Of a stretch of DNA of 64,000 nucleotides, positions 26,095 to 40,229 are shown in pieces; within the stretch, counting starts at the first letter, position 1; each line of letters opens with the position of its first letter. Made by a program: the position numbers and the translations under genes. Origin of the DNA: Mobula birostris. Lineage: Eukaryota. Under the pieces are notes generated by a model. It worked only from the letters and a program-made list of their open reading frames with translations, was not told where the DNA came from and did not search any database. The DNA lies in contig NC_092395.1 in NCBI RefSeq assembly GCF_030028105.1, positions 43,428,459 through 43,492,458 of the forward strand. The letters are read 5' to 3'.

Positions 26095-27395
26095 TAAGAC
26101 CATAGATAAAGGAACTGATTTAGGCCATTTGGCCCATTAAGTCTGTTCCGCCATTTCGTCATGGCTGATCCATTATCCCCCTCAGCCCCAATCTCCTGCC
26201 TTCTCTCATATCCCGTCATGCCCTGACTATACAAGAATCTATCAATCTCTGCCTTAAAATATACCCAATGACTTGACCTCTAGAAACACCTGTGGCAACG
26301 AATTCCATAGATTCACCACTCTCTAGCTACAAGTTCCTCCTCATGTGCATTCTAACAGAATGCTCCTCTATTCTGAGGATGTGTCCCCTGGTCTTAGGCC
26401 CTCCATCATGGGAAACATCCTCTCCTCATCCACTCTATTAAACCCTTTCAACATCTGATAGGTTTCAATGAGGTCAACCCTCATTCTTTTGAATTCCTGC
26501 GAGTACAGGTCCAGAGCCATCAAACACTCTTCATATGACAGATTTTTCAATCCCAGACACACTTTCATGAACGTCCGTTGGACCTGCTCTAGTTTCAGCA
26601 CATCCTTTCTTAGATAAGGGGCCCAAAACTGCTTGCAATACTCCAAATGAGGTCTTACCAGTGCTTTATAAAGCCTTAACATTATATCATTGCTTTTATA
26701 TTCTCATCCTCATGAAATGAATGCTAACATCACATTAGCCTTCTTCACCATTGACTCAACCTGCAAATTAACCTGCAGAGAATCCTGCACAAGGAGTACC
26801 AAGCCCCTTTGCATCTCATATTTTGCATTTTCTCTCCATTTATAAAAACTGTCTATCCTTTTACTTCCTCTAACAAAGTGCTTGACCATACACTTCCCAA
26901 AACTGTATTCCATCTGCCACTTCTTTACCTATCCTCCTAATCTGTCTAAGTCTTTCTGTAGCCCCTCTACGTCCTCAAACCTACCTGCCGCTCACCCGAT
27001 CTTTGTATTGTCCATAAACCTTGCCACAAAGCCAACAATTCTGTCATCCAAGTTACTGTTATATAACAGAAAAGAAGCAGCGCCAACACACCCCCTGTAG
27101 AGCACACGTCGTCACTGGCAGCAACCAGATATGGCTCGCTGAATTCCCACTTTTTGCCTGCTGCCAATCAGCCACTGCTTTATCCATGCTGGTATCATTC
27201 CTGTGATACCATGGAGTCTGAACTTGTTAAGCAGCCTCACGCGCGCACCTTGTTGAATGCCTTCCAAAAATCCAAATACACAACCTCCACTGATTCTCCG
27301 TTGTCTATCCTGATTGTTATTTCTTCAAAGAGTTCCAGCAGAATTGTCACACAAAATTTTCCTTTGAGGAAACCGTGCTCACTATGGCCCATTTG
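26095..27395 (-). mobile_element. CR1 3' portion
   Basis: LYKALVRPHLEYC.QFWAPYLRKD; 3' tail near 26095-26110. Confidence 0.88.
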
Positions 27396-27539
27396 AACAT
27401 ATTATGTCTTGATGTGCTGTATGTATAGTGGAAAGACCGAGAGTTATGAGAATGTGATCCACCCACCACCATATAACAGCCTCTGACCTAATCCTGGGCC
27501 TGAGCTCTTTATCTAGCTGGAACACTTGAGCTTTTGGAC

Positions 27540-28330
27540 AATGTTAACCCTCAGGATATTGATGGTGGAGGATTCAGCAATGTTCCTGTCATTGAATGTC
27601 AAGGCTCTGTGGTGAGATTCTGTTTTCCTGGGGATTGTCATTGCCTGACACAATAGCTTGTAAATATCACTTGTCACTTATCAGCATATCTCTGAATGTT
27701 GTCAAGAACTAGGTGACCGTCAGGCTGGGTCTGCAGCATTAGCCGAGGGGTTAAAAGTGAAATTGGCCATTCTGCTGCTAAGTTAACAGAGTTCTGAAGC
27801 ACCGAGCTTGCAGACTGAGCCTGTGGCAGGTAGAGAGTGAACAATAGCAGGGAGAAACATATTTGAAATCAGTCTCACCAATCCACCTGTGACAGATGGT
27901 CTGTCTATGATTGCATGGGTAGAAGTGGCCTTTGGAGCATCCTTATGGGGACAAATCCCATTTCTACATCGAGGACTCCCTCTATTGTATGATGTTGTAT
28001 GGCGTAACAGACATGTTACAGAGAATAAATCCAGAACAGCTGACAGCTCAGTACTGGGCATCTCTGAGGCTCTCTGGACTATCAACATCAGCAGAATTAT
28101 CCACCACCATAAGCTGTAACCTCACAGCCCAGCATATCCGTGAACCTCCTTCACTGTCAAGCCAGGGCATCTACTCCAGTTGAATGATGAGCACAGCAGG
28201 GGTTCTGGGAGCAGCACCAGGCAAACCCAACACTGATGCGGTCTCGGCATGGAGAAAACACAGCACCGCTTCATTTCTCTGTTCTTTTCATTGCAATAGA
28301 AAGGGAAACAGGCTCAGAAAATGTAATGGG
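27540..28330. mobile_element. Old CR1/L2-group LINE pieces (RT minus 27540-27780; endonuclease plus 27780-28330)
   Basis: Same family as 18500-19925. Confidence 0.5.
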
Positions 28331-29469
28331 AGTGAATTCACCATCACCCAATTAAACCCATCAGCTCTGATTAACATTTCCTTCCAACTTCAGTGAATAA
28401 ACCTGAAAGGTAAAGTTACTCAGACAACCAACATGACAGAATTTCTGAAGCAATTCTTGTTCTGAATGTTACAATTCAAGGAGAGCATCAAAGATAATGT
28501 TCCTTTAAACAGCCAGTGCCTGATTGATTCTTAAAGTTAAAAAAGGGTAGAACAGAAACTATGATATTTGGGTATTGTCATATAAAAGGCAGATAGTAAC
28601 GTTTTGTCTCAGTTCTGGCCAGCCCCTCGCCTTAAAATAACAGCTCATTTCCTGCTGGGGCTGCAGATGATTTTTTTCACGGTTAATTCAGGTTAGGCTT
28701 AAATCAATAGTTGCTGGACTGTGCGGTGTGAAGGTCTGGGAGGGCCAATTCCATGTGGAATGTCTAAATAAACAAAAATAAATAGACTTTGTAGTCAGTT
28801 GTGTGTGTGAGATGAACCAGAAGAGATTGATTAACTTCGCATGTCACTGGCCTGCCAAGGATCAGCAGTTGGATGACATCAGCAGCTTCTTCATGAAATA
28901 CTTGCATCAACATTTTAAAAGACTCTGCTTTTGTGCATTCACTGTGTGGACTGCTATGTTTTTCCAGAACTTCCGTGGAGAGTCAATTAACCTGCCGGCT
29001 CTGGAGCAATAAAATAGGGACCCTTATTCTTACAGTGGGTTCTTAAATCAATGCTCTCTTGTCTTTGAATTACAACATGAAAGGTTCTCTCAGACAGGAG
29101 CAATGTGGCCAAGATAATTTCCCTCCTCTCCGCCCCTTCATGCTCAATAACTTTATGGCAGACAGATGCTCCTGTGTGATCTGATATAACTTTCTTTCTA
29201 AGAGTGTGGGGGCCTTTGTCAACCTGCCGGGGGCTCAGAGACACCCAGCTGACTCCTCCAGCTGCATCAGGGTGTGTGATCCATGGCTGACTATTCCATT
29301 GATTTCTGTATCCTAGTGGCAGAGAGTGGTTGGGACAATGAGATTTTGATTGCTGTATTCAGACAGGGATTAAAAATGACCAGCATTAAGACGTTCTTGC
29401 AACCAGGGACCAGGTAGAGTATTTGGAGGAATTGATGGACATGGCCATAGGAATTGACAACCATATTTC

Positions 29470-32400
29470 TGGAAGAAGAAAGGTGTGACGTGACGATCGG
29501 GGAATGGCTGCGCAAGCGTGTGGACATCAGCCTGTGAGAATAGTGAGAAGAGTATAAAAGGAGACAGCTTTTTCATGAGGGTGTCAGAGTAGAGAAATAC
29601 AGAGTAGAAAAGGCTTTGGCTCAATGAGGCTTCGGCAAGAACGAGTCAAGGCGAGGTAGATTTCTGTGCAGGTTACAGACAGGAAGTATGTGTGTGAGGT
29701 CGGTGTTCTGTGCTTGGTGTCAGATGTGGCGAGTCTGGGAGACTACCAGTCTCCAGGACGGCCACATCTATGCCGGGTATGTCGAGCTGCAGCTCCTTAA
29801 GGACCATGTTAAGGAAGTGGAGATGCAGTTCGATGACTTTTGTCTGGTCAGGGAGAGTGAGGAGGTGATAGAGGAATCTTGTCACACTGGGGCCTGGGGA
29901 GACAGATAAGTGGGTAACAGTCAGGAGAGGGAAGTACAGGAGTCAGAGGCTAGAGAGCACCCCTGTGCCAGTAACCCTTAACAATAAGTACTCCTGTTTG
30001 AGTACTACTGGGGGGAACGGCCTACGTGGGGGAAACAACAGTGGCCGTGCCTCTGGCACAGATTCTGGCCCTGTGGCTCAGAAGGGTAGGGAAAGGAAGA
30101 AGATGGCATCTGTGATCGGGGACTCTATGGTTAGGGGGTCAGACTGGTGATTCTGTGGATGCAGGAAAGAAGTACGGATGGTAGTTTGCCTCCCAGGTGC
30201 CACAGTCCGGGATATTTCTGATCGCATTCACGATATCCTGAAGTGGGAAGATGAAGAGCCAGAGGTTGTGGGACATATTGGAACCAATGACATAGGCAGG
30301 AAAAGGGAGGAGGTCCTGAAAGCAGACTACAGGGGGTTAGGAAGGAAGTTGAGAAGCAGGACAACAAAGGTAGTCATCTCAGTGTTACTGCCTGTGCCAC
30401 GTGACAGTGACTATAGGAATAGGGTGAGGTGGAGGGTAAATGCATGGCTGAGGGACTGGAGTAGGGAGCAGGGAGCAGGGATTCAGATTTCTGTATCACT
30501 GGGACCTCTTTTGGGGCAGAAGTGACCTGTACAAAAAAGATGGGTTGCACTTGAATCTGAGGGGGACCATTTTCCTGGCGGGGAGGTTTGCAAAGTCCAT
30601 AGGGGAGAATTTAAACTGGAATTGCCAGGGTGTGGGAACAAAACTGAAGAGACGGAGGAAGAGGAAGTTGGCTCACAAATAGAGAAAGCTTAGATACAGT
30701 GCAAGCAGGAGGATAGGCAGGTGATGGGGAAGGGACGCGCACAGGCGGGTGGTTTGAGATGTGTCTATTTTAAGGCAAGGAGTATTAGTAACAGAGTGAA
30801 TGAGCTTAGAGTGTGGATCAGTACTTGGAGCTATGATGTTGTGGCCATTACAGAGACTTAGATGGTACAGGGGCAGGAATGGTTACTTTGAGTGCCAGGC
30901 TTTAGATGTTTCAGAAAGGACAGGGGGGGGGAGGCAAAAGAGTTGGGGACATGACACTGTTGATCAGAGATAGAGTCACAGCTGCAGAAAAGGAGGAAGA
31001 CATGGAGAAGTTGTCTATGAAGTCTCTGTAGGTGGAAGTCAGGAACTGGAAGGGATCAATAACTCTATAGTAACAGGGACATCGAGGAGCAGATAGGGAG
31101 ACAGATTATGGAAAGGCTTAATAACGATAGGGTTGTCGTAGTGGGAGATTTTAATTTCCCTAATATCGATTGGCATATACCTGGAACGTGGGGTTGAAAT
31201 GAGGTGGGGTGGTTAGGTGTGTTCAGAAAGGTTTCTTGACACAATATGTAAGTATGCCTACAAGAGGAGAGGCTGTACTTGATCTGGTATTGGGAATTGA
31301 ACCTGGTCATGTGTCAGATCTCTCAGTGGGAGTGCATTTTGGAGATAGTGATCACAATTCTATCTCATTTCCCATAGCATTGGAGAGGGATAGGAACAGA
31401 CAAGTTAAGAAAGCCTTTAACTGCAGTAAGTAGAAATATGAGGCTATCAGGCAGGAACTTAGAAGCATAAGTAGGGAACAGATGTTCTCAGGGAAATGTA
31501 TGGAAGAAATGTGGCAAAAGTTCAGGGAATCTTTGTGTGGAGTTCTGCGTAGGTACAGTGGCATGCAAATCTTTGGGCACCCCTGGTCAAAATTTCTGTT
31601 ACTGTGAATAGTTAAGTGAGTAGAAGATGAACTAATCTCCAAAAGTTATAAAGTTAAAGATGAAACATTCCTTTCAACATTTTAAGCAAGATCAATGTAT
31701 TATTTTTGTTTTGTACAATTTTGGAGTGAAAAAAAGGAAAGGAGCACCATGCAAATGTTTGTACACCCCAAGAGATTTAAGCTCTCAGATAACTTTTACC
31801 AGGGTCTCAGACCTTAATTCGCTTGTTATGGCTATGGCTTGTTCACAATCGTCGTTAGGAAAGGCCAGGTGATGCAAATTTCAAAGCTTTATAAATACCC
31901 TGATTCCTCAAACTTCGTCCCAACAATCAGTAGCTATGGGCTCCTCTAAGCAGCTGCCAAGCACTCTGAAAATTAAAATAAGTGATGCCCACAAAGCAGG
32001 AGAAGGCTATAAGAAGACAGCAAAGCATTTTCAGGTACAGTAGCCATTTCCTCAGTTCATAATATAGTTAAGAAATGGCAGTTAACAGGAACGGTGGAGG
32101 TCAAGTTGATGCCTGGAAGACCAAGAAAGCTTTCCAAGGGAACTGCTCCTAGGGTTGCTAGAAAGGCAATACAAACCCCCGTTTGACCGCAAAAAACCTT
32201 CAGGAAGATTTTGCAGGTTCTGGAATGCTGGTGCACTGTTCTACTGTGCAGCGACAGCTGCACAAATATGACCTTCATGGAAGAGTCATCAGAAGAAAAC
32301 CTTTCCTGCGTCCTCACCACAAAATATGGCCTCAGAAGTTTGCAAAGGAACATCTAAAAAAGCCTGATGCATTTTGGAAACAAGTCCCAGGGACTGATGA

Positions 32401-33410
32401 AGTTAAAATAGAACTTTTTGGCTGCAATGAGCAAGGTATGTTTGGAGAAAAAAGGGTGTAGAGTTTCATGAAAAGAACAGCTCTCCAATTGTTAAGCACG
32501 GGGGTGGATCGATCATGCTTTGGGCTTGTGTTGCAGCCAGTGGCACAGGGAACATTGCACTGGTAGAGGGAAGAATGAATTCAATTAAATACTAGCAAAT
32601 TCTGGAAGCAAACATCACACCGTCTATAAAAAAGCTGAAGATGAAAAGAAGATGGCTTCTACAACAGGATAATGATCCTAAATACACCTCAAAATCCACG
32701 ATGGACTACCACAAAAGGTGCAAGCTGAAGGTTATGCCATGGCCCTCACAGTCCCCCGACCTAAACATCATTGAAAATCTGTGGATAGTCCTCAAACGAG
32801 CAGTGCATGCAAGACGGCCCAAGAATCTCACAGAAGTAGAAGCCTTTTGCAAGGAAGAATGGGTGAAAATCCCCCAAACAAGAATTGAATGACTCTTAGC
32901 TGGCTGCAGAAAATCATTACAAACTGTGATACTTGCCAAAGGGGATGTTACTAAGTATTGACCATGCAAGGTGCCCAAACTTTTGCTTCAGGCCCTTTTC
33001 CTTTTATGTTATTTTGAAACTGTAAAAGATGGAAATAAAAAAAGTAATCTTGCTTAAAATATTAAAGACTGGGTCATCTTTAATTTTATGCCTTTTGGAA
33101 ATCAGGTCATCTTTCACTCGCTTATCTATTCACAGTAACAGAAATTTTGACCGAGGTGCTCAAACTTTTGCATGCCACTGTATGTTCCAATGAGACAGAG
33201 AAGGGATGGTAGAGTACAGGAACTATGGTGTACAAAGGCCGTTGTAAATCTAGTCAAAAAGAAAAGAAGAGCTTATGAAAGGTTCAAGAAACTAGGTAAT
33301 GATAGAGATCTAGAAGATTATAAGGGGAGCAGGAAGGAGCTTAAGAAAGAAATTAGGAGAGCCAGAAGGGGCCATGAGAAGTCCTTGGCAGACAGGATTA
33401 AGGACAATAC
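29470..33410 (+). mobile_element. CR1 5' half (ORF1 SGNH-like, endonuclease), split by Tc1, 3'-truncated
   Basis: VVCLPGATVRDIS...VVGHIGTNDIG; VVVGDFNFPNIDW; continuity ...gcgtaggta|tgttccaatg across the Tc1. Confidence 0.88.
31556..33180 (+). mobile_element. Tc1-family DD34E transposon, 1625 bp, long IR/DR termini, transposase disrupted (~31936-32961)
   Basis: TA TSD on both sides; TIR CAGTGGCATGCAAA..TTTG.GCACC; MGSSKQL...; GTDEVKIELFG, QQDNDPKYTS, SPDLNIIENLW. Confidence 0.95.
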
Positions 33411-35149
33411 ATACCTGAACTTGTGCACTGCATGATCTTCTGCTTTTCAGCCTCCCCTGACCTATATGAATCTGTCATACAAGCATTAAAGGATTTTCCA
33501 ATTCCAATTGAGGTAAAACAAAACAGCTACTCTGTCAGAATGTGTGAATGTCACAAAATAGTACATTGGAAGCTTTGTACTCTGGACTTCCTACAAGATC
33601 AATGCAAGAAAGATAGGACTTCCTGATCTTGGCAATACCTTCTATATGAAGAGTGTCATTCAGATCCTTTTCATGTTTTCTGACTTCAGGCATGCTGTGA
33701 TGCTACTCATGGAGACTGATTCACAGTCACTAATGATGAAACTTCAATGGTTCTTTCTTTTCCTGGAACATAGTCAGAGACCTGCCATTCTCCCAGCAGC
33801 TTCTTGAAAGCTTAATCTCCTCCATAGTTTAATCAAAGTGTGCAACAGGACCGTCAGAGTATTTCAGATATCTATTGGAAAGCTACATGAAGAAGAGAAG
33901 ACTAGTAAGGGAATTCTCATGGACAAAGACATTCAGACAGTGAACCTCGTGGAGAATTTTGAGATCCAATGGAACCAAAATTAGAAAGAATGTTTGGAGG
34001 GAAGATGGTGACTGGGATCCTTTGTCATTGTTATAATGTTTCCTTCTGAGAGGAAGCTTTTAAGATCTATCCCTAACATTTCTGTCACCTAACAAGGTCC
34101 TGTAAGTGTGTGGTCATTCAAGTGACTCTAATATTTCAATGAAGATTACCAGTGCAGATAATTTGGTATCACAAGCTGAGCAACAACACACGACTGTTAA
34201 GTTTCCAAATAAACAGATGCAAAAAACATATAAGGAGTTTTCAGTGCAAGTGTTAATCAGTTCCCATGGAAAAACAAAAGAGGAGACTGCAGCATTTAGA
34301 ATTAGTTCCTTGTTATAGAATGATTTTACAGAGGCCTCCAGGGCAAATAAATCTGTGACTCAGCAAATTGTAGATCAGTGTCTGACCTTAGTTATTACTT
34401 TCTTACACCAGAAATGCTGCCAGCTGATAACAGATCATTAGATGTAGGAAAGATGGTGAAATTGACAAGTTCTGTTGAAAATCAGCATATAGTTTTGATG
34501 CATTTGTCAATGTAATGGTAAAGGTTGGGGAAGTATGCATGAGAAGTTTTGGACTGAGGACCGATCCACACAACCAACAATAAGACAGGCATAGCTGGGC
34601 ATATATGAATACATATCGTTTTGAGCTTCTGGAGTGTTGTTGAAGCTGTCCTTATACAGACAACTGGAGAGCATTCCATCACCCTACTAACTTGAGCCCT
34701 GTCAGTGCTGGACAGGATTTGTTGAGTTAGGAGGTGAGTTACTCACCACAGGAACAGCTGATCTGCTTTTGTTGCCCTGTTGCGTACTGTATATGGTTAC
34801 TTCAGTATCGTGTGAATGGTAAGGCCATGAATTCAAAAACGCTAGATGGGACCCAGCAGCTGGAAGACATCAAAATGTTGAAGATGAGGTATCCTGGATA
34901 TATAAAGCTCACCGAGTTATACAACACATACCAGCCTCTTTGTCCTAACTGGTCCATGCCAACCAAAATCTCCATCCAAGTTAGTCCCATTTGCCATTGT
35001 TTGGCCCATAGCATTCTAAACATTTCCAATCCATGTACCTGTCCAACTGTCCTTTAAAATTTGTTAGTATACAAGTCTCAACCCCTTCCTCTGGCAGTGC
35101 ATTTCACAAAGATGCTATACTTTGTTGTGTAAAATAAGTTATCTCTCAA

Positions 35150-36250
35150 GTTTAAAGATTCGTGATTCAAGATAGTTTAATATCATTTCCTGTACACGAG
35201 TATAAAGGAAAACACAAGAATTGTTACTCGGGATCTGATGCAGCACAAAGGCCCCACAAAAGCTAAATAACATAGTAATAATAATTTAAAAACACAATTA
35301 GTATAAATACATAAGATAGCTTCTATACATTGATTGAATGCATGTCAATAAACTGATGCCAAGCTGTACATAAGGCAACTGACAAGAAAAATATAAAGTA
35401 GTGGTGGAGTTAGTGGGTAGAGGGGTTGATCTACCCTTTTTATAGGCATCTGTTAGTGTTGTGAGACCATGGATTTGTGCCTTGGAAGGTTTCCAGGGCA
35501 GAGGCCTGGGAGGGTTGTATCGGAGATCGGCAATTGCCCATGCTGCAAGTCTCCCCTTTCCACGCCAGCGATGTTATGCAAGGAAAGGGCATTAGGGCTG
35601 ATAGAGCTTGGCACCGGTGTCATCACAGAGCAATGTGTGGTTAAGTGCCTTGCTCAAGGACACAACATGCTGCCTCAGCTGAGGCTTGAACTAGTGGCCT
35701 TCAGATCATTAGACCGACCCCTTAACCATGATCCATCTTACTGCTTGGGGAAAGTGATGGCTTTTGAGACTGGTGGTGTTGGTATAGATGTCATGTAGCT
35801 CCTCCCTAATGGGAGTGGGACAAACTGCCCATGGGGAGAGTGACTGGGATCCTTTGTGATTTTACTGGCACTTTTCTGGCACCTTTCTGTATATATGTCC
35901 TTGATGGTGGGTATGCTGTAGATGACGTGAGTATGGATGTGCAAAGTTCATCTCTCATTTGCCTCTTCAGAAAGTAGAAGTGTTTATGAGCTGTTGTGAC
36001 TGTGTAGGATGTGTTCTTGGACCAAGTGTGTGATGTGGTCTCCCAGGAGTTTGAAACTGCTTGAAGTTTCCACTGCTCTGCTGCTGATGTCAATGAGATG
36101 TACGATTTCTGCTGAAATTGATTATCTTCTTTGTCTTGCTGACATCTAGGAAGAGGTTATTCACCTGGCAACAGTCTTGACCTCTTCCAGTTCCTCTCTG
36201 TAGGCTGTCTCAGCACTGTTGATGATGGGCCCTACCTTGGTAATGTAAGG
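35150..36250 (-). mobile_element. Rex1/Babar 3' fragment
   Basis: HKHFYFLKR; LPLGRSYMTSIPTPPVSK. Confidence 0.65.
35445..35730 (-). mobile_element. tRNA-derived SINE nested in Rex1
   Basis: Reverse complement has tRNA-like head (ggttaagg...tagttcaagcc) then gtgtccttgagcaaggcacttaac. Confidence 0.65.
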
Positions 36251-37330
36251 TGTTCCCTCTCAACTTAAATCTATGTACTCTTGTGTTTAATTCCCCAAAA
36301 CATGGAAAAATACAGAATGCATTCATCCCATCTATGCCCTTCATGGTCATATACACCTCTCTGTGATCAGTTCTAACCTGACTAACCTTTGCCTATAACT
36401 CAGTCCCTTAAGTCCTGGCAACTTGTAAATCTTGCCAGTAACTGCATTCTTTCCAGTTTAATAATATCTTTCCAACAGCAGGGCAAACAACATTGAACAT
36501 AATACACCAAGTGTGACCATTGCAGCATCCTGTACAACAGCACCATGGCCTCCCAACTGTTATACTCATTGCTGTGACTGATGAAGTCCAATGTGCCAAA
36601 AGCTTTTGTTACCACCCAGTCTATCTGTGACTCCACTTTCAGTTAAGCTTGTACTTGCACTCCAAGGTACCTCTCTTCACCGTCACTCCATATTCATGTG
36701 AAAGTTCGACCTAGACTTGATCTTGCAAAATGCAATGCTTTGCACTTAGAAACATAGAAACACAGAAAACCTGCAGCACAATTCAGGTGCTTTGGCCCAC
36801 AAAGCTATGCCGAACATGTCCCTACCTTAGAAATACCTAGGCTTTACCTATAGCCCTCTATTTTTTGAAACCTCCATGTAGTCATCCAGGAGTCTCTTAA
36901 AAGACCCTATTGTTTCCCCATCCACCACCTCTGTCAGCAGCCCATTCCACGTATTCACCACTCTCTGCGTGAAAAACATACCCCTGACATCTCCTCTTTA
37001 CCTATTTCCACGCACCTTAAAACTATGCCCTTTCATGCTAGCCATTTCAGCCCTGGGGAAAAGGCTCTGACTATCTACACGATCAAAAAATCTCATTATC
37101 TTGAACGCCTCTATCAGGTCACCTCTCATCCTCCGTCGCTCCAAGGAGAAAAGGCTGAGTTCACTCAACCTATTCTCATAAGGCATACTCCCCAATCCAG
37201 GCAACATCCTTGTAAATCTCCTCTGCACCCTTTCTATGGTTTCTAAGTCCTTCCTGTAGTGAGGTGACCAGAATTGAGCAGAAAACTCCAAGTGGGGTCT
37301 GACCAGGGTTCTATTTAGCTGCAATGTTAC
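36250..37330 (-). mobile_element. Two CR1 3' fragments
   Basis: TLVRPHLEFSAQFWSPHYRKD...; (tttctatg) tail near 36748-36765. Confidence 0.85.
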
Positions 37331-40229
37331 CTCTCGGTCATGTTATCCAAATGAAACTCTATTTTACATTCTTCATCTCACTTCCCCAGCTGATCAAGCT
37401 GCCCCTGTAATTATGAATGATCTTCTTCATTATTTACTATTAATCATGTCTTGTATGTTCTGATTCAAATTGTTGATACATATGAGAAACATCAATGGGT
37501 CCTGCACCATCCGTCGAGGCACAGCATTAATCATAAGAAACCAGACCAAGAAACTTTTCTAAGAAAATATCCTGTGAGTGCCCATGGTAAACATGGTTCA
37601 TTATACAGTTCTCCCATTCTCAGCTGTGTTTGTTGCACATCAAGCAAACCTTCATGAGTTCAATGCCTGGAACGGGTCAAAATTCAATGCTCTGAGATAC
37701 TTCATGCATCAACATTACTTCCTGGATGTTGATCAAACGAGATTAAATGCTCTCAATGAAAGAATTCTACCCTTGGTGTTGGGTACAGGAAGTGTGGCTG
37801 CCCTTTACCAGGTGACTTTGTTTTGGTCAAACATTTCATCTATGAACATGGGTACGCTATGGTTTCCAAAACCTGGCCTCGACACTGTCATTTTTCAGAC
37901 AAGGCCAGGATTAACTCTTAATTCTAATAAGGGCCAACAGGAAGTAGCTGAATAGAATAAGGGAATTTTCTACCTCTGCCCAAAGTTAAACCACTCAGCT
38001 TTAATCTTTGTGAGCTGCAATTCTCCCTCTTTCTCTGAGAGCATCAGGAGCATCACTCTCACTGACCCGGAGACCCCTCTTCCCATGGGAATCCAGACAG
38101 TGAGTGTGGCAGACAAGAGCAAGTGAACCCATTTGACCCAGTGCTGCCCTCCTCACTCAGCCAGCAATCAGGGTCACTGACAGAGAGCAGGAGTGTGGAC
38201 CTGCTGGCTGACCTTTGTAATCTGAAACAGGGACACTGGTTGTAGTTACAGTACTGTAATCTCCGGGGAAGATCAATTGATCCATTTTAGAACAGGTAGC
38301 ACGACACGGACCTTTTTGGTCTGTACATCTCATTGAATGATTATTGCAGAGACGTATTTTGTTATGTAAGTCTATCCACTTATTGATGGCTATCATGAAT
38401 GACATACATCTCCCTTGAATCCATTGCCCTATTTATTGCATTCAGTTCTGGTCATTGCAATATGAGATGCATGGGGAGGCTTTAGAGAGGATACAAAAGA
38501 GTTTACCAGGATGCTGCATAAAGTTGAGGGCAGGTGGGAAAAGGGGTGATTGAATAAGTCTGGCATATTTTCACATGTTAAAAATGTCTGATACTTGAGG
38601 ACATTCATTAAGTTGAGGGGGCTTAGTTGAATAGAGATTTGCAAAGCATATGCTTCCAGAAAGAATGGTGAGTGCCAAGAATGTACTGCCAGAGTTGGTA
38701 GCGGAGGCAAATATGTATTATTTCTGTTACTTTCCTATTTTCACAGAATCTAATTATCCCCATTTCTTTTCTACTTGAGATACTATGGATTCACAGATTT
38801 ATGACCTTGGTTTGCATTATCCAGTGGGTGATCATTAACGAATGTCAATAATGCAGAACGCTGGAGCTTCAATTAGGACAATTGCCCCACTGGAGTTAAT
38901 TATTTCATTACGCTCCACCAGTCTCTGACATCCTGAATATACTTGCAGCACAAAATAGCTTTCGCCTTTTGAAGATGTCCTGGATGCTGGGGAGGCTGGT
39001 GCCCATGATGGAGCTGGCTAAGTTTACAAATTTCTGCAGCTTTTTCCGATCCAGTTTAAAACTTCCCTCCAAAAGAAAGAAATCAAGGGGCTAAAATCAA
39101 ATTGTAGACTCCACCAGGAACTCCTCTTCAGAATTTTACTTTTTGCAATCAAGTAGAACGTAATCAGTCTAAATGTGTACCAAGCTTCAGAAGGAGCATT
39201 TGGGGTATCAAAGCATAGGACCTATATAAAAAAAAATACAGAGGCAATGGGATGAAAAGAATGACAAGAGATTTGTGTGAGAATTATAAAAATTTGGATG
39301 TCTTGACAACAAGACAGTTGGGGGCATGGAAAATGTACTGAAGACTTACAAGTAGAAAGCTAAAAAAGGAGACAGAGAAATAGAGACAGAGGCACATGAC
39401 ACAAATAATGAGAATTTAAAATTAGACACAGGGTATCAAATTAGGGCAAGTATAGATGGACAATCTATGAATGGATCCTGATGGGGCATCTCAATTGGAT
39501 CAATGAAAGTGATGTATATATTGCTGTTGAGGACAAAATTTGTTGCCGTTCTTCATTAGGAGAAGGCATTCCTGATGGGCTGCGTTCTCAACTGTCCAAA
39601 ATTTGTATCATGTATGTACAGTACTTCGGCAGTGACATTGGGCTGGAGGTTCCAGTATCCATAGCAGAGACAACAAAGAAACTATTCAGGATAATGAGTG
39701 ACATTGGGGTGAGGAAGTGGAATCCAGCTCATCTTGTTCCCAAGTGCTGGTCTCTCTTGACCTTTGTGATGGTGCAAGTCATTTGTGTTAATGATGCTGC
39801 TGAAGAAACCTTGCAGTGAATCTCGATCCCCCCTCATCCAGATGGATTCCATCCAGGCTCAGACACTGTAACATGCTGCATTTCACTACCTGCAGTGTCA
39901 TCGATATTATAATCAGCTGTGTAATCTGTCCTTCAGCAGTTTTCTCCAGAGTGGGGTTGAATAAATCTGCTGTTATTCCTCTGCCTCATTGGCTCTCCAA
40001 TCATTATTCCACAATTGATCAGCTCATAGTTTGGACTGCAACTGCTTTTGGCAAAATAGAACAGAGTAAAACTGAACTCAACCAGTCCCAGAGCTGGCCA
40101 AGTTCCGCCTTATTCGCATTTACTTCCTACAGAAGCAGTGGGCCATGCATTAGGAGTACAGACATAGGATGCTTAGGTAGAAGCATCCATTTTCTTCAGC
40201 GGTTGAACAGGGCAGGACTGTGCAAGCGT

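Noticed and set aside
18500-28330. Possible inverted duplication between 18.5-19.9 kb and 27.5-28.3 kb
   Set aside because: Same old LINE family, but the inversion junctions differ, so independent copies.
28620-29300. Cluster of E-box, Ets and AP-1-like motifs as a possible 3' enhancer
   Set aside because: Short motifs expected by chance; no conservation evidence in the window.
31562-31880. Extra ATGCAAAT octamers (also ATTTGCAT near 25382)
   Set aside because: Inside Tc1 or PLE sequence with no leader or V downstream.
38157-38405. ORF superficially like an Ig C strand (STVTTTSVPVSD...HSCS)
   Set aside because: Lacks Ig Cys/Trp spacing and splice context.
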